Positions 1 through 12,670 of a DNA stretch of 64,000 nucleotides are shown piece by piece. The stretch spans positions 86,366,001 through 86,430,000 of the forward strand of contig OX597818.1 in assembly GCA_951406725.2 (NCBI GenBank), in the 5' to 3' direction. Position numbers and translations under genes: made by a program. Within the stretch, counting starts at the first letter, position 1. Each line of letters starts with the position of its first letter. Source of the DNA: Octopus vulgaris. Its lineage: Eukaryota. The notes beneath the pieces were generated by a model, which was not told the origin of the DNA, ran no database searches, and was given only the letters and a program-made list of their open reading frames with translations.

Positions 1-97
1 TCAAATTCACTCACAAGGCTTCGGTTAGCCCAAGGCTATTGTAGAAGACACTTGCCGAAGGTGTCATGCAGTGGGACAGAATCCGGAACCATGTGAT
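1..97 (-). mobile_element. Bipartite tRNA-derived SINE (family A), part of 5' half, cut by the window edge
   Basis: Reverse complement matches the family A head (ggttccgg...ggcaagtgtcttctac...gccttgtgagtg) of the full copies at 11043 and 59005. Confidence 0.8.
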
Positions 98-1152
98 TAC
101 GCATTTAGAGCGAGGGAGAGAGAGAGAGAAATAGAGAGAGAGAGAAAGAGAGAGAGGGGAATGTATGTATGTATGCATGTATGTATGTATGTATGTATGT
201 ATGTATGTAGGTAGGTAGGTAGGTAGGTAGGTAGGTAGGTAGGTAGGTGTATAACTTTCATTTCATGTACTTATCTCTTGTGAAACAAGTCTATTCCTAA
301 TTGTAAAAAGACTGATCTAGTTAGCCTTTTCAACTCGACATCGCCATCACCACCGCCACCACCACCACCACACCACCACTATTTATCAACTCCTCATCAC
401 CCCTTGCTTTGCTCTGCTGCATATGTCGAACTAGATCTGACATTTTCTGATTTAATGGAGCACTTCAAAACAAACAACGGTAAAAAGCAAGCACAATTGT
501 AAAATGGAATGGGTGAACGCAAAAAGATGGCTTGTGATGGTTTGTGGGTTTAGATAGTGTTGTGTATAAATACAAGAACTGGCAAATAGATAAATAAATA
601 AATAAGGATTCTAGTTTTGTGTTTCATTACATAAACGTCCAATGTCTATCCTGTTACAGACAGTTGTTTGTCGCTGGAATCAAATACAATTAGAAACTGC
701 GCTTTCGAATCACTGAGCAAATATCTGTTGAAGAAACGGTTGGTAAGAGAAGAGGAGTAACAGACGAGATGGGAGACGGGTGAGAATGTGGCGGAGTAAA
801 AGAGTGGAAAGTACGAGGGGAGAGAGTAACAGAGAAAGAGAGAGGGAGAGGGAGAAAGAGAGAGAAATGGGAAGTTAAATGAGGAGATATTTAGAAACAG
901 GAACAGTAGGAGTGAGGAAAGGAGGGAAAAAAGAATTTAAACATGAAGAAAATGAAAACAGAACTGCAAAATAAGCATGGATTTTTGTATGTATGTATGT
1001 ATGTATGTATGTATGTATGTATGTATGTGTGTGTGTGTTGTGGCTGGTGGTGGTAGTGGTGGAGGTGGTGGGGGTGGGGTGAGGGGGGTGCGTACGTGCG
1101 TGGTTAGTAGAAAAAAATACTTGAAAATTCACTCAAGTTATATATTGAAATA

Positions 1153-1374
1153 CAGCAATCCCTCGACTATCGCGGGTGTTAAGTTCCAAAACCACCGTGA
1201 TAAGTGAAAATTCGCGAAGTAGAAACAGTGCTGTACTGTGTACTCTTTTAAATTAGTTTTATAATTTGTATGTATTTATTTTATTATAAATGCAAAACAA
1301 CAACGTGGAGGAATCGACGTAAGCTTAAATAATAAACCGCGATAGGTGAACCACAATATGGCGAGGGATAACTG
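1153..1374. mobile_element. pogo/Tigger-like MITE
   Basis: TIRs CAGCAATCCCTCG (1153) and CGAGGGATAACTG (ends 1374), TA on both flanks, no ORF. Confidence 0.75.
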
Positions 1375-1393
1375 TATATCATACATACACAGA

Positions 1394-1771
1394 GGAGGCG
1401 CAATGGCCCAGTGGATAGGGCAGCGGACTCGCGGTCGTAGGATTGCGGTTTCGATTCCCAGACCGGGCGTTGTGAGTGTTTATTGAGTGAAAACACCTAA
1501 AGCTTCACGAGGCTCCGGCAGGGATGGTGGTGATCCCTGCTGTACTCTTTCACCACAACTTTCTCTCACTCTTACTTCCTGTTTCTGTTGTACCTGTATT
1601 TCAAAGGGCCGGCCTTGTCACTCTGTGTCACGCTGAATATCCCCGAGAACTACGTTAAGGGTACAGGTGTCTGTGGAGTGCTCTGCCACTTACACGTTAA
1701 TTTCTCGAGCAGGCTGTTCCGTTGATCGGATCAACCGGAACCCTCGTCGTCGTAACCGACGGAGTGCTTCC
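1394..1771 (+). mobile_element. tRNA-derived SINE (family B; resembles octopus OR-type tRNA-Arg SINEs)
   Basis: A-box tggcccagtgg, B-box ggtttcgattcc; 11-bp TSD acatacacaga at 1383-1393 and 1772-1782; closely similar copy at 20164-20546. Confidence 0.9.
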
Positions 1772-1960
1772 ACATACACAGACACACAACATACACACAT
1801 GCACACACACACACACACAAACACACACACGTATATAATATGTTTGCGTTAGTGAGTGTATTGTCGAGCAGGTTACAACAAACTGCAGTCTACAAAAGAA
1901 ATATATAACCAGTTTATTCCTATTTTAGAGCGCTTTTCTCTGAATTAAGGGCAACGGATC

Positions 1961-2014
<54 letters not shown>

Positions 2015-2111
2015 TAGATAGATATTGATAGATAGATAGATAGATAGATATTGATAGATAGATAGATAGATAGATAGAATAGATTGGTGTATGTGTGTGT
2101 ATGCATATACG

Positions 2112-2158
<47 letters not shown>

Positions 2159-2203
2159 GTGTGTGTGTTTGTATATATATCTATATCTATATATATCTAT
2201 CTA

Positions 2204-2236
<33 letters not shown>

Positions 2237-2255
2237 TTTCTCTCTCTCTCTCTCT

Positions 2256-2299
<44 letters not shown>

Positions 2300-2919
2300 C
2301 CGGATGTAATGTATTTCTGAAAACCCAAAACGCACAGCAGTCTACAATCACTTAAAGATTTCCTCATTGGAGATACAAAGAAAATTCATTCACTCGCGAC
2401 GCTGTTTTCATGTACTACAGCAACAAAGACGAATGATATACGGAAATATGTGAAGTTTCGGCTGCTTCCTTAAGTCATTGCTCTTTGGGCTGTGGAGTAT
2501 AAAATCAGCTATACATATGCAGAATTCTCTTATAAGTTCTCAGACGTGAACTTTAAGAATGACCGCAAACTTTCGTGACCGTTCAACTACCTCAGACTTT
2601 GTTCAGTGCAACACCACTAAGAGCCTTATATCATCTCAGCAATCTTTTATATTTTATATTGACTTGTTTCAGTCATTGGACAGCAGTCATACCGGGGCTC
2701 TGCTTTGATGAGTTTATTTGAATGAATCGACCCCAGTATATATATTATAATTAGGGCTCAGCAAAATTTGCTTCGCTACATACCGAACTTTAGAAATAGC
2801 AGCCAAAAACTTAGCTATTTCTCTACTATAAGAAGAAACTCCCAGGCAACATATACTCAAAACAATTCACGTAGGCATAGAGGAAAAAGCAACGAAAATT
2901 CACTCGGCATTTGATTACC

Positions 2920-2998
2920 TGAGGACGCGTTTCTGAGTTAGATATCTGTGAAAATGCAAAAATCACACCTTTATTCTATCATTCTCTTCATCAGCACA
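2920..2998 (-). ncRNA. Degenerate minimal hammerhead ribozyme motif with long stem II (PLE pLTR remnant)
   Basis: Minus strand: ugug CUGAUGA a GAG...CUC a GAAA CGCG UC cuca; palindromic stem III ACGCGU; one mismatch in stem I. Confidence 0.55.
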
Positions 2999-3373
2999 AA
3001 CTTTCAAGGTTTTAAATTTGAGAGCACTGAAAAAATTGAACATACCTATCTGATTCAAGTATCATCAGACAAACTATATCCAATGACCAGTACCAACGAA
3101 TTCAAAACAAACGAATGAGGTCTCGCTTTCTCCCTCACCCAACAATATTGATAATATAATTCTCTCCCTAATAATCAACCGGTTTCGTTTTTACTAAACA
3201 TGACTAAGAAATTAATGAAAATATTACAATAGTAGTAGGTAAGTTGTTTTGTAAATGAATCAGTGGCTAAATAAATCTAAGACGAGCGTAATAGTGATTT
3301 TTCTATTAGAGGCAGGGGAGGTAGTTATTCTTTTGATGGAGAGTGAATTGAGAGTATACACACACACACAAAG

Positions 3374-3428
<55 letters not shown>

Positions 3429-4001
3429 CAAACACACATATACATGGAAGTTTGGATTGACTTCATATAAGCGGTATTTATATCTCACTTTATAATATTG
3501 ATCTAAAACTGATTCTTTTCACTTTGATTGACTCCTTTCTCTAATTCGTTCAACACATGAAAGTATTTTCGTTATAAATGTGAAATATTTCATCTATTAT
3601 TGAGAGGAAAGAAGTAAACAAATAGAATACTGAAAGATGCACTGAAGAGATTCAGATAACAACAGAGAAAAGAAGAGGTGGGGTGATATATTGATGAACT
3701 AGGTAAGAAAGGAGTTTCAAAAGGGAGAAGCCATAGAGGTAGCTAGAACATTCCCTCAGTGTGTCTGTATGCGTATATGTATGCTTATAGGAATATGTTA
3801 AACAAATATGAGTTGCTACTATATGGTGTGTTATACATACATAGTATGTAGCCGTGCGTTGCGTATGTATGTACAAGTGTGCGTGCATGTGTGTGTGAAT
3901 ATGTATATATATATATGGTTATGTATATATGTGGTTATGAATATGTGGTTATGTATATGAATGTGTGGTTATGTATATATATATGTATATGTTCTTCTAT
4001 G

Positions 4002-4201
4002 TTTTATACTTTACTTGTTTCAGTCATTGGACTGCAGCCATTCTTAGCCAAATAGATCACCCCCAGGACTTATATCGTTTAAGTCTACTACTAATTTTAT
4101 CGTTCTCTTTTTTACGAACCGTTATGTTACGGGGACCTAAATAAACTTCACTGGCTATCAATTGGTGCGTGTGAGACGAACACACCTGGGCACTCACACA
4201 A

Positions 4202-4243
<42 letters not shown>

Positions 4244-4356
4244 GCACGCACGCACACACACAAACACATATATCACAGGCTTCAACACAGTTTCCATTCG
4301 ACAAATTCATACACAAGGCATTGCTCGGTTCGGAGCTATAGAAGACACTTGCCCAT
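4002..4356 (-). mobile_element. SINE family A, decayed
   Basis: tttacttgtttcagtcattggactgc 3' end, internal (CA)n, agaagacacttgccc head motif. Confidence 0.75.
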
Positions 4357-4526
4357 AACACAGCACCCTGTGTGTGCGTGCGTGTGTGTGCGTGCGTGTG
4401 TGTATATACGTGTGTATGTGTATGTGTGTGTGTGTGTGAATATGAATACGAATGTATATATGTATGTATATATGTATATATATATGTATGTGTGTATATA
4501 TACAGATACTTATTGATCAGACCCAC

Positions 4527-4585
<59 letters not shown>

Positions 4586-4586
<1 letters not shown>

Positions 4587-5481
4587 GTGGGTCTGATCAA
4601 TAAGTATCTGGACTGTTGCCATAATAACGCAGCTAAAGTACTTAGAATGAAGCCGCTTGGCACAGATTGACCTTGAAATCTGCTGCGTATGCGCAGTAAG
4701 TTTTAACGTTCTAGCTCACTTTCGCTGTTTACAACAGTGCTTGGCGGTAACGTGTGGAGCGTGTGTTCGTCGCATTGGCCATGACATAAAAAGTTCAGCA
4801 GAAAATCTGCATCAATTTTTCCCAAAAGCATGGTGTTCCCTGCTCAGAAGCCTACGCAAAGATTTCAAAAACTTGTCATCGTTCTCGACAGAATCAAGGA
4901 GATCGTGTCCAACTGAAATTCGAGTGTCTTTTTGGTCAGCTAAAAACAGTTTTGGCCCAAACTTTCGAGACACGCGCCTCATACCCAAATCTTCTGTGAT
5001 AATGGACTGAACTGAACAGTACCTAATCTGCACATCCTCTGATATCTCACAGATGGTGATTCGATGATTTTCCCTCACAGCTTCACGCACATTTGCAATG
5101 TTTTTCTCAGTTCTGCTGGTTGCGGGTCTCCCAAAAAGTTCGTCAATATCGACATTTTTTCGGCCATCTTGGAAACGTCTGAAGTACTTGTACACTTGTG
5201 TGCAACTCATACACTCCTCTCCATACACTTGCTGCGACTTTGCGTTGGCTTCTGAGCAGGTATCGCCATGTCCGCTTTCTCCGTCATGATCAATACGACG
5301 ATCACACGTTACCCACGTTATTTCGAAGCACTGCTGATAACAGCGGAAGTGAGCTAGAACGTTAAAACTTAGTGCACGTGCACATCAAAGGTCAAGGTCA
5401 GTCTGTGACACGGGGCTTTACTCTGCGTGATTTAGTTTTGTTATTGTGGCAGTAGTCCTCACACTTAATGATCAGACCTCG
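4586..5481 (-). mobile_element. Mariner-derived fold-back element (two inverted 5' ends, transposase N-terminal fragment)
   Basis: ORF 4812-5228(-) has mariner HTH and linker (RFQDGRKNV..GRPATS..LGMRRVSRKFGPKL); TIR cgtgggtctgatcaataagt vs acttaatgatcagacctcg; inverted similarity extends ~270 bp inward. Confidence 0.85.
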
Positions 5482-5583
5482 TGTACATTTATTTACTCCC
5501 CAATTACATTTTTACCTACCCTGTTATTCGATTTCTACTTCCCGCTCTATTATGGTTTGGTCAACCTCTACTTAATATATCTG

Positions 5584-5633
<50 letters not shown>

Positions 5634-5752
5634 AAAAGTAAAAAATATATACAAACTGGGACAAGAACGTGAAACACCTAGGAGACGACACAAGAACCAC
5701 AGGACGGGATATTCGAAGCCCTCAGTCATCAGTCAAGAACCAGATCATCTTC

Positions 5753-5809
<57 letters not shown>

Positions 5810-5812
<3 letters not shown>

Positions 5813-6148
5813 CGTCCCCTGCCCAATTCAGGATCACAGCATATATGTACACTGCAACATAATTTCTTTTCCTCAACAAGCCCTGTCCTGTTTAACATTG
5901 TCTCGAAAGCGATCAAAGAGGAAAAGGATCCCATCATCTTTAAACGGAGTCTGGACAGATTTCTTCAAGGAATACCGGATAAGCCACCCATACCTGAATA
6001 CAACTCACTCAACAAGAACTCACTACTTGAATGGACCATAAACAAAACTTGACGTAGACAGGATTTAGATAATCCTATCAGGTGGTGCTATTAAGTTAGA
6101 CATGGTCTGGACCAATCTTTGGTCGAAACATATCTAAGTATATCTAAG

Positions 6149-6150
<2 letters not shown>
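5810..6150 (+). mobile_element. 3' end of a CR1/L2-group LINE (ORF2 C-terminus and 3' UTR)
   Basis: Peptide LFNIVSKAIKEEKDPIIFKRSLDRFLQGIPDKP..NSLLEW then stop at 6052; short tandem tail tatctaagta x2. Confidence 0.6.
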
Positions 6151-6180
<30 letters not shown>

Positions 6181-6198
6181 CACACACACATGTGTGTG

Positions 6199-6252
<54 letters not shown>

Positions 6253-6524
6253 CGTGCGTGCGTGTATATGTATGTATGTAATCTGCACAGTATTGAATAC
6301 TTCAATTTTCTTTTCTTGAAAATTACTGTATGTATGCACAGACATATAATAAAACAGCTCGAATGGTGTGATAAACAGCGATAGAAAAGATATAGATATG
6401 TGAGATACAAATGTGTCATTGTATTCTAATGTTCCATGAACAAACGGAGAGTGCAGCGAGAATGGGGCGATGGTGGGTAAAGATGAGGTGAAGAAAGAGC
6501 GACGTGTGAAAAAGAAAGACAAAG

Positions 6525-6526
<2 letters not shown>

Positions 6527-6584
<58 letters not shown>

Positions 6585-6614
6585 TGATAGAGTCAGACAG
6601 AGAGAGACACACAC

Positions 6615-6688
<74 letters not shown>

Positions 6689-6704
6689 ATAGAGAGAGAC
6701 ACAC

Positions 6705-6771
<67 letters not shown>

Positions 6772-6772
6772 C

Positions 6773-6816
<44 letters not shown>

Positions 6817-6838
6817 GGATGGCTAGATATATATATAT

Positions 6839-6900
<62 letters not shown>
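6527..6900. repeat. Compound (GATA)n tetranucleotide array
   Basis: Several (gata)n runs separated by short gagagacacaca spacers. Confidence 0.95.
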
Positions 6901-7729
6901 TTGTGTATGTGTGACAGGGAGAGATAGTGGTGGAAGATGAGGTACAGAAAGAACGAGTGAAAAAGAGAAAGAGAAAGAGAGACAAATTGAAGGAGAGCGA
7001 AAGTGACAAAGAGAGATAGAGAGTGTGTGGTTGCGGTGGGGAGATGAGAGGAGCAGAAAGAACGACTTGTGTAAAAGAAAGGCAAAAACAAACAGACAAA
7101 GACAGACAGAGAGCAGAGGTAGAGAGAGTCAAAGAGAGAGTGAGGTGAATGGCGGCTGGAAGAGAAAGAATATGTAATAGAAGAGAGGGAGGGAGGGAGA
7201 GAGAACAGCGCAAATGTGAGAACTAACACAAACACTGCTTTATCATGTGATACATTGTACTGATAAGTTGTTATTAATAACAACAAAGAAGTAATAACAA
7301 TTTTCTCAGCCTCACACTGGTGTCATCAATTGTTCACAAAACAACTTCTTTCGAATGATTTAATAAACTTAATAAAAATAAGGTGTCAGCTGAGCTGTCT
7401 GATATTATAAAGTATTTCACAGCTGGCTGCACTGACAATGGTATTGCTGGGATGGGATTTATTATAACTGCTGAACAACTAAAAGAAATTTGGGATAGTG
7501 GTAAGGGTGGTGGTGATGGTAGTAGTAGGAAAAACACTCTCTATTGTATCTACTAGTCTTCGTGAGATTCCCCCCCCCCACTGTTTTTCTAGCAAATAAC
7601 CTATGGTGGCTTTCAGACATTTAATTCATAGTGAGTTATGAAGTTTATAATTGTTTGACTCTCTCGATAGAGGAGTCACTGAACGTTTGAACTAAAAGAA
7701 GATATTGTCTTAATTAAGTCAGCAATCGA

Positions 7730-7950
7730 TGCGGCGAAGCGACAGTGTCATTTGAATTTCAGTCAAGAATATTCAGCAGCATTTCTTGTGTTTTTTTTAC
7801 ATTCTGAGTTCAAATGTCACCGTAATCGATTTCTTTTTATATTTTTCTTTTTCGGGGATCGATAAAATAAAAAGGCCAGTAGTGTCGAGGTCGGTGTAAT
7901 CGACTTGCCCACTCGCCTTAAAAATTGCTGGCAATGCGCCAAAATTAAAG
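7730..7950 (+). mobile_element. SINE family C (MetaSINE-like core), decayed
   Basis: ttctgagttcaaat...ttcggggatcgataaaata...gtaatcgactt, matching the copies at 35480 and 60961. Confidence 0.6.
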
Positions 7951-8717
7951 TAGAAAGTAGTGAGCTGACAGAATCGTCAGTGCGTCGGTCCTTGTGCCAA
8001 AAATTCGAACCGTAAATCAGTATTTTTTGCTGTAATTACTTACTCATAGAGAGCAGGACGGCGCCCATGTTCATTTCCGGATCACTTCGTGACTGATCGA
8101 CTGGAAACCTTTCTTACAATAAATACAACATAACCGAATCTCCTAACAGTATCAAGGAACCAGGTGGCTGTATTCCACCATACGAATAATTACGTCTACC
8201 AATTTAAAGACCAAAAACTGTCTTTCAGCAGGCTTCCGCATAGCTCCCATCAATCAAGTTTCACTCACAGGATATTCGTGGCTTTTATACCCTTTAGTGA
8301 AACCGAACCTAAAAGCCCGTATTTCTGAACAAAACTGATTAGCTACACAACCGTGCCTACATCCATTACAGCAAATTATTGATATTGTTACTAGTAAAAA
8401 TGAGACCTGTACCATAACGAACCATCTGGGCAGGTGTTACTCTCCAACCCAAACTTAGACAAGTAAATTATCTAAGATATATTTGGAAGAACTATTTCAT
8501 TTGACACTATGGTATAACTTACAGTCTCTTCCCTTTAGTTATCCCGCTAAAATAAACAGGCGTAAAGTACTTAAAAACAATACAGCTTGACTTTCGTTAG
8601 TTGGAGTGATATGTTGCAAATGAAGGTTAAAAGCCGATATCAACCCAGTTATCAGCCAAGTTTAAACTAAGAGTAGGGAACAAAATTGCAAGACTAGATC
8701 TAAATCAATAAATAAAT

Positions 8718-8884
8718 TGCTGTGTGGTAAGAAGTTTGCTTTGCAACTGTTTAGCTTTGGATTCACTCCCACTGCATGGTACCCTGGGCAAGTGTCTTCA
8801 ATGAAAGTCCTGGGACTCTAGGAAACTGAAAGAAGCCCGCCATACGTGTGTATGTGTGTGTGTTTGCGTCTCTGTATATATTTG

Positions 8885-8932
<48 letters not shown>

Positions 8933-9120
8933 CGTGTGGCTTTTGTGTTTGCGTGTCTCGCACGCTGCTTGGCAACCGGCATTGGCTTATTTACATCCCC
9001 TATTAGAGGTTCAGCAAAATGGACCGATAGAATAAGTGTCGGGTTTAAGAATTAGTACTGGGTTCGATTTGTTCGACATGGCTGCAGTTCAATAACTGAA
9101 ATAAGCAAAAGGTAAAAGAT
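8718..9120 (+). mobile_element. SINE family A, decayed
   Basis: gctgtgtggtaagaagtttgc head, ggaaactgaaagaagcccg, (TG)n, gaccgatagaataagt tail module. Confidence 0.8.
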
Positions 9121-9344
9121 ATATGACAGGCTTCCATACAATTTCTTCGACTAAATGTCGTTCTCTTCCTTTTTTTATTTTCTTGTTTGTTTTTTTTTAC
9201 GAAATTAAATCAACTTCGATTTATCCGACTTTACGTCTATCTCAGCGAACACATCTAAAAGCATAGACATTTAAAAAGTATCTAAAACCAATACTGAAGA
9301 CGAAAACCAAATGCAACACAAGGGGGAATATGTATAAGCCCCTT

Positions 9345-9712
9345 TATTCTTTTATCCTTTACTCGTTTCAGCCATTTGACTGTGGCCATGCTGGAACACC
9401 GCTTTGGAGAATTTTTACTCGAATGAATTGACCTCAGTACTTATTTTTCTACGCCTGGCACTTATTCGGTCTCTTTCACCGAAGCGTTAAGTTACTGGGA
9501 CGAAAACACACCAACACCGGCTGTCAAGCGGTGGTGGAGGATAAACACAGACACACGCACACACATTATATATACGACAGGCTTCTTTCAGCTTCCTTCT
9601 TCCAAGTCCACTCACAAGGCCCGAAGCTATATTAGAAAATACCTACCCAAGGTGCCACTACTACTAACCATATGGTTAGGATGCAAGCTTCTTATCACAT
9701 AGCCACACCTGC
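9345..9712 (-). mobile_element. SINE family A
   Basis: All family A modules present in reverse orientation. Confidence 0.8.
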
Positions 9713-10077
9713 TATAAGCTAATAATATAAGCTAATAAATTTCTTTTAATGTTTCTCTCCTGTTACGTCGGTTTTCGTGTTAAGTTGCATATCTTGGAAC
9801 CAATTAACAACATAAGTTGAGGTATGCTTGTATATACGAATCTTGACAACAGATTGGATAGGTCTCCCAATAAATATTCATTTTTCTAATTAAAGGTCTT
9901 GTCTTGCAATTTTCTATGTATTAATTTGTCAGCATGTTTTGAATATAAACTCAATAAAAATAAGGTAAAGGTGTCAGCCGAATTGTTCGATATATTTCAC
10001 GGTTGACTGCATTTGACAGTTGTATATACTCGGTAGAGAGATTTATAACTGGTGAACGATTAACGAAAACTCGATGC

Positions 10078-10138
<61 letters not shown>

Positions 10139-10560
10139 TGTATTGTTGGTGGCGAATGTGATTGTTGTGGTGGTAGCAGTGCTCAAATAAGTTCTAATTA
10201 TACTTACTTAACTTCGTGAGATTTTACCAATTTTCGTTGCAGAACCTTTATTCTTATACCATTATTACATTTTATCTATTACTTGTTTCAGTCATGAAGT
10301 GCGGCCATGCTGGGGCACCCACGTGAAGTTTCTTTTTTGTTTTTTTGCTTCTTTTTCAGTCGATTAAATCGATCTTCAGTTCTTCGTATTTTATTCCTTT
10401 TCTAAAATCTGATCCTTATTCGATCACTCTCTTTTATCGAAGCAGTAAGTTCCGGGAACGTAAACAAGCCTACTACCGATTGAAAACTGATGCCGGTTTG
10501 CTCACGTCCCTATAACTTAACACTTCGGCAAAAGAGACCGCTAGAAAAAGGGCTAAATTC

Positions 10561-10940
10561 TTTTATTCTTTTACCTTTTTTACTTGTTTCAGTCATTTGA
10601 TTGCGGCCATGGTGAAATCGACACCAAGACTTATTCTTTGTAAGCCTAGTACTTATTCTATCGGTTTCTTTTGGCGAACCGCTAGGTACGGAGACAAACA
10701 AACTAGCATCGACTGTCATGTGATGGCGGGTAAGAGGAATAAGCACAGACATACACACATACACATATATATATATATGTACGACAGGCTTCTTTCAGTT
10801 TCCGTCACCCAAATCCACTCACAAGGCTTTGGTCTACCTGAGTCTTAAGTAGAAGACACTTGCTCAAGGTGCTACGCAGTGGAACTGAACCAGGAACCAT
10901 GTGGTTGGGAAACAAGCTTCCTACCACACAGCCATGCCTG
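10561..10940 (-). mobile_element. SINE family A, near full length
   Basis: Tail ttttattcttttac, central TA/CA tract, head ending accacacagccatgcct. Confidence 0.9.
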
Positions 10941-11042
10941 TAAAAAAACAACAACAATTAATATGGGGTCGATTTGTTCACCTAAGCCCATCAAGAAATG
11001 TGTCACAGCATGGCCACAGTCTAGTGAATGAAACTAGCATTA

Positions 11043-11255
11043 GGCATAGGAGTGGCTGTGTGGTAAGTAAATTGCTTACGAACCACATGGTTCCGGGTTT
11101 AGTCCCACTGCGTGGCACCTTGGACAAGTGTCTTCTACTATAACCTCGGGCCGACCAAAGCCTTGTGAGTGGATTTGGTAGACGGACACTGAAAGAAACC
11201 CGTCGTATATATGTATATGTATATAGATATTTGTGTGTGTGTGTGTGAGTGTGTT

Positions 11256-11295
<40 letters not shown>

Positions 11296-11508
11296 TGTGT
11301 TTGCCCCCTCCCCCCCACATCGTTTGACAACCAATGCTGGTGTGTTTACCTCCCCGTAACTTAGCGGTTCGGCAAAACAGACCGATAGAATAAGTACTAG
11401 GCTTACAAAGAAAAAGTCCTAGGATCGATTTGATCAGCTAAATGTGGTGCTCCAGCATGGCCACAGTCAAATAACTGAAACAAATAAAAGAGTAAAAGAG
11501 TAAAAGAG
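11043..11508 (+). mobile_element. SINE family A, full length
   Basis: tRNA-like head (tggctgtgtgg A-box, gggtttagtccc B-box), (TG)n core, 3' module, (gagtaaaa)n tail. Confidence 0.92.
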
Positions 11509-11764
11509 ATGGAAACATTATTATAAATGACTTAGTTGGAAGGAGAAAAGAAGAGGACTTGATACTTTACCATGAATCTTCGTGTCTGATGGATGGAAGA
11601 ACTTCACGCACAAATTGACTGCAACGTAGCAGAATCTATTAAAGGTATCGAAGAGTCAGGTAATGGAATATGGGACCAGGTGAGAAATTACAAGATTTCA
11701 TCTACCAACACAAAAGAACAGAAAATATCCTTCAGCGGAAGATTACACGGAAATATGGAAATAT

Positions 11765-11776
11765 TATGATGATGAC

Positions 11777-11814
<38 letters not shown>

Positions 11815-11815
11815 C

Positions 11816-11847
<32 letters not shown>

Positions 11848-12476
11848 CGATGATGATGACAGTGGCAGTGGTTGTGGTTATGGTGGTGGTGGTGGTGCAG
11901 GTAGTAGTGGTAATTGTGGCGATGATGATAATGATAAAGACAACGACACCGTGGATGATAATGACAGCAACGACAACTACTACTACGAATGCGACGCCCA
12001 TGACGATGACAACGCGCAACAACGACGACGATGATGATGACAGTGGTGGTGGTAGTGGTGGCAGCGGTGAGGGTCGGTAGGGGTCGGTGACGATACTGCA
12101 GTTGCTGCTGCTGCTGCTGATGATGATGATGATAAAGGCGACGACATTAGTGATGAAGGTTACAACGACGATGATGTTGATGACGATGCCAACAACGAAT
12201 ACGACGTCGACAACGATGATAACACACACGACAACGACGACGATGATGGTGATGATTATGTTGGTGGTGATGATGATGATAGTGGCTGTGATGCTGCTGC
12301 TGCTGCTACTGCTGATGATGATGATGATGATAAAGACGACGGCACTGAGGCTGAAGGCTACGACGACGGCGATGATGTTGATGATGGCGACGACGACTAC
12401 AACGAATACGACGTCGATAATGACGACGGCCATCACCACCACCACACCACCACCACCACGATGCTGTTGCTGCTGA
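11765..12476. repeat. Compound trinucleotide low-complexity tract (GAT/GAC/GGT/GCT) with internal duplication
   Basis: (gat)n runs; 12103-12218 resembles 12293-12426. Confidence 0.9.
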
Positions 12477-12670
12477 TATTTCAGTCCCGCTTCAAGCCCG
12501 ATCAAACAGTCCTATGATCAAAGACGTTTCAAATGCATCCAACCATATCATTTTTCCCCACTTCTTATCAAACACAAATTACTTAAAAGTACATTATCGT
12601 ATATATTCTTCCACTTTTATGAGCGTAAAACGTAATTGGATGAAAGCTTGTCTGCTATTTCTAGCAGTTA

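Noticed and set aside
1394-1470. Possible tRNA-Arg gene (also 63139 and 20470-20545)
   Set aside because: It continues into a SINE body bounded by TSDs, and the cloverleaf is imperfect.
5700-5745. Hammerhead-like CUGAUGA..CGAAU on the minus strand; similarly decayed candidates near 33200-33245, 40585-40620 and 42215-42255
   Set aside because: Core nucleotides or stems do not fit. They may be decayed PLE ends but were not counted.
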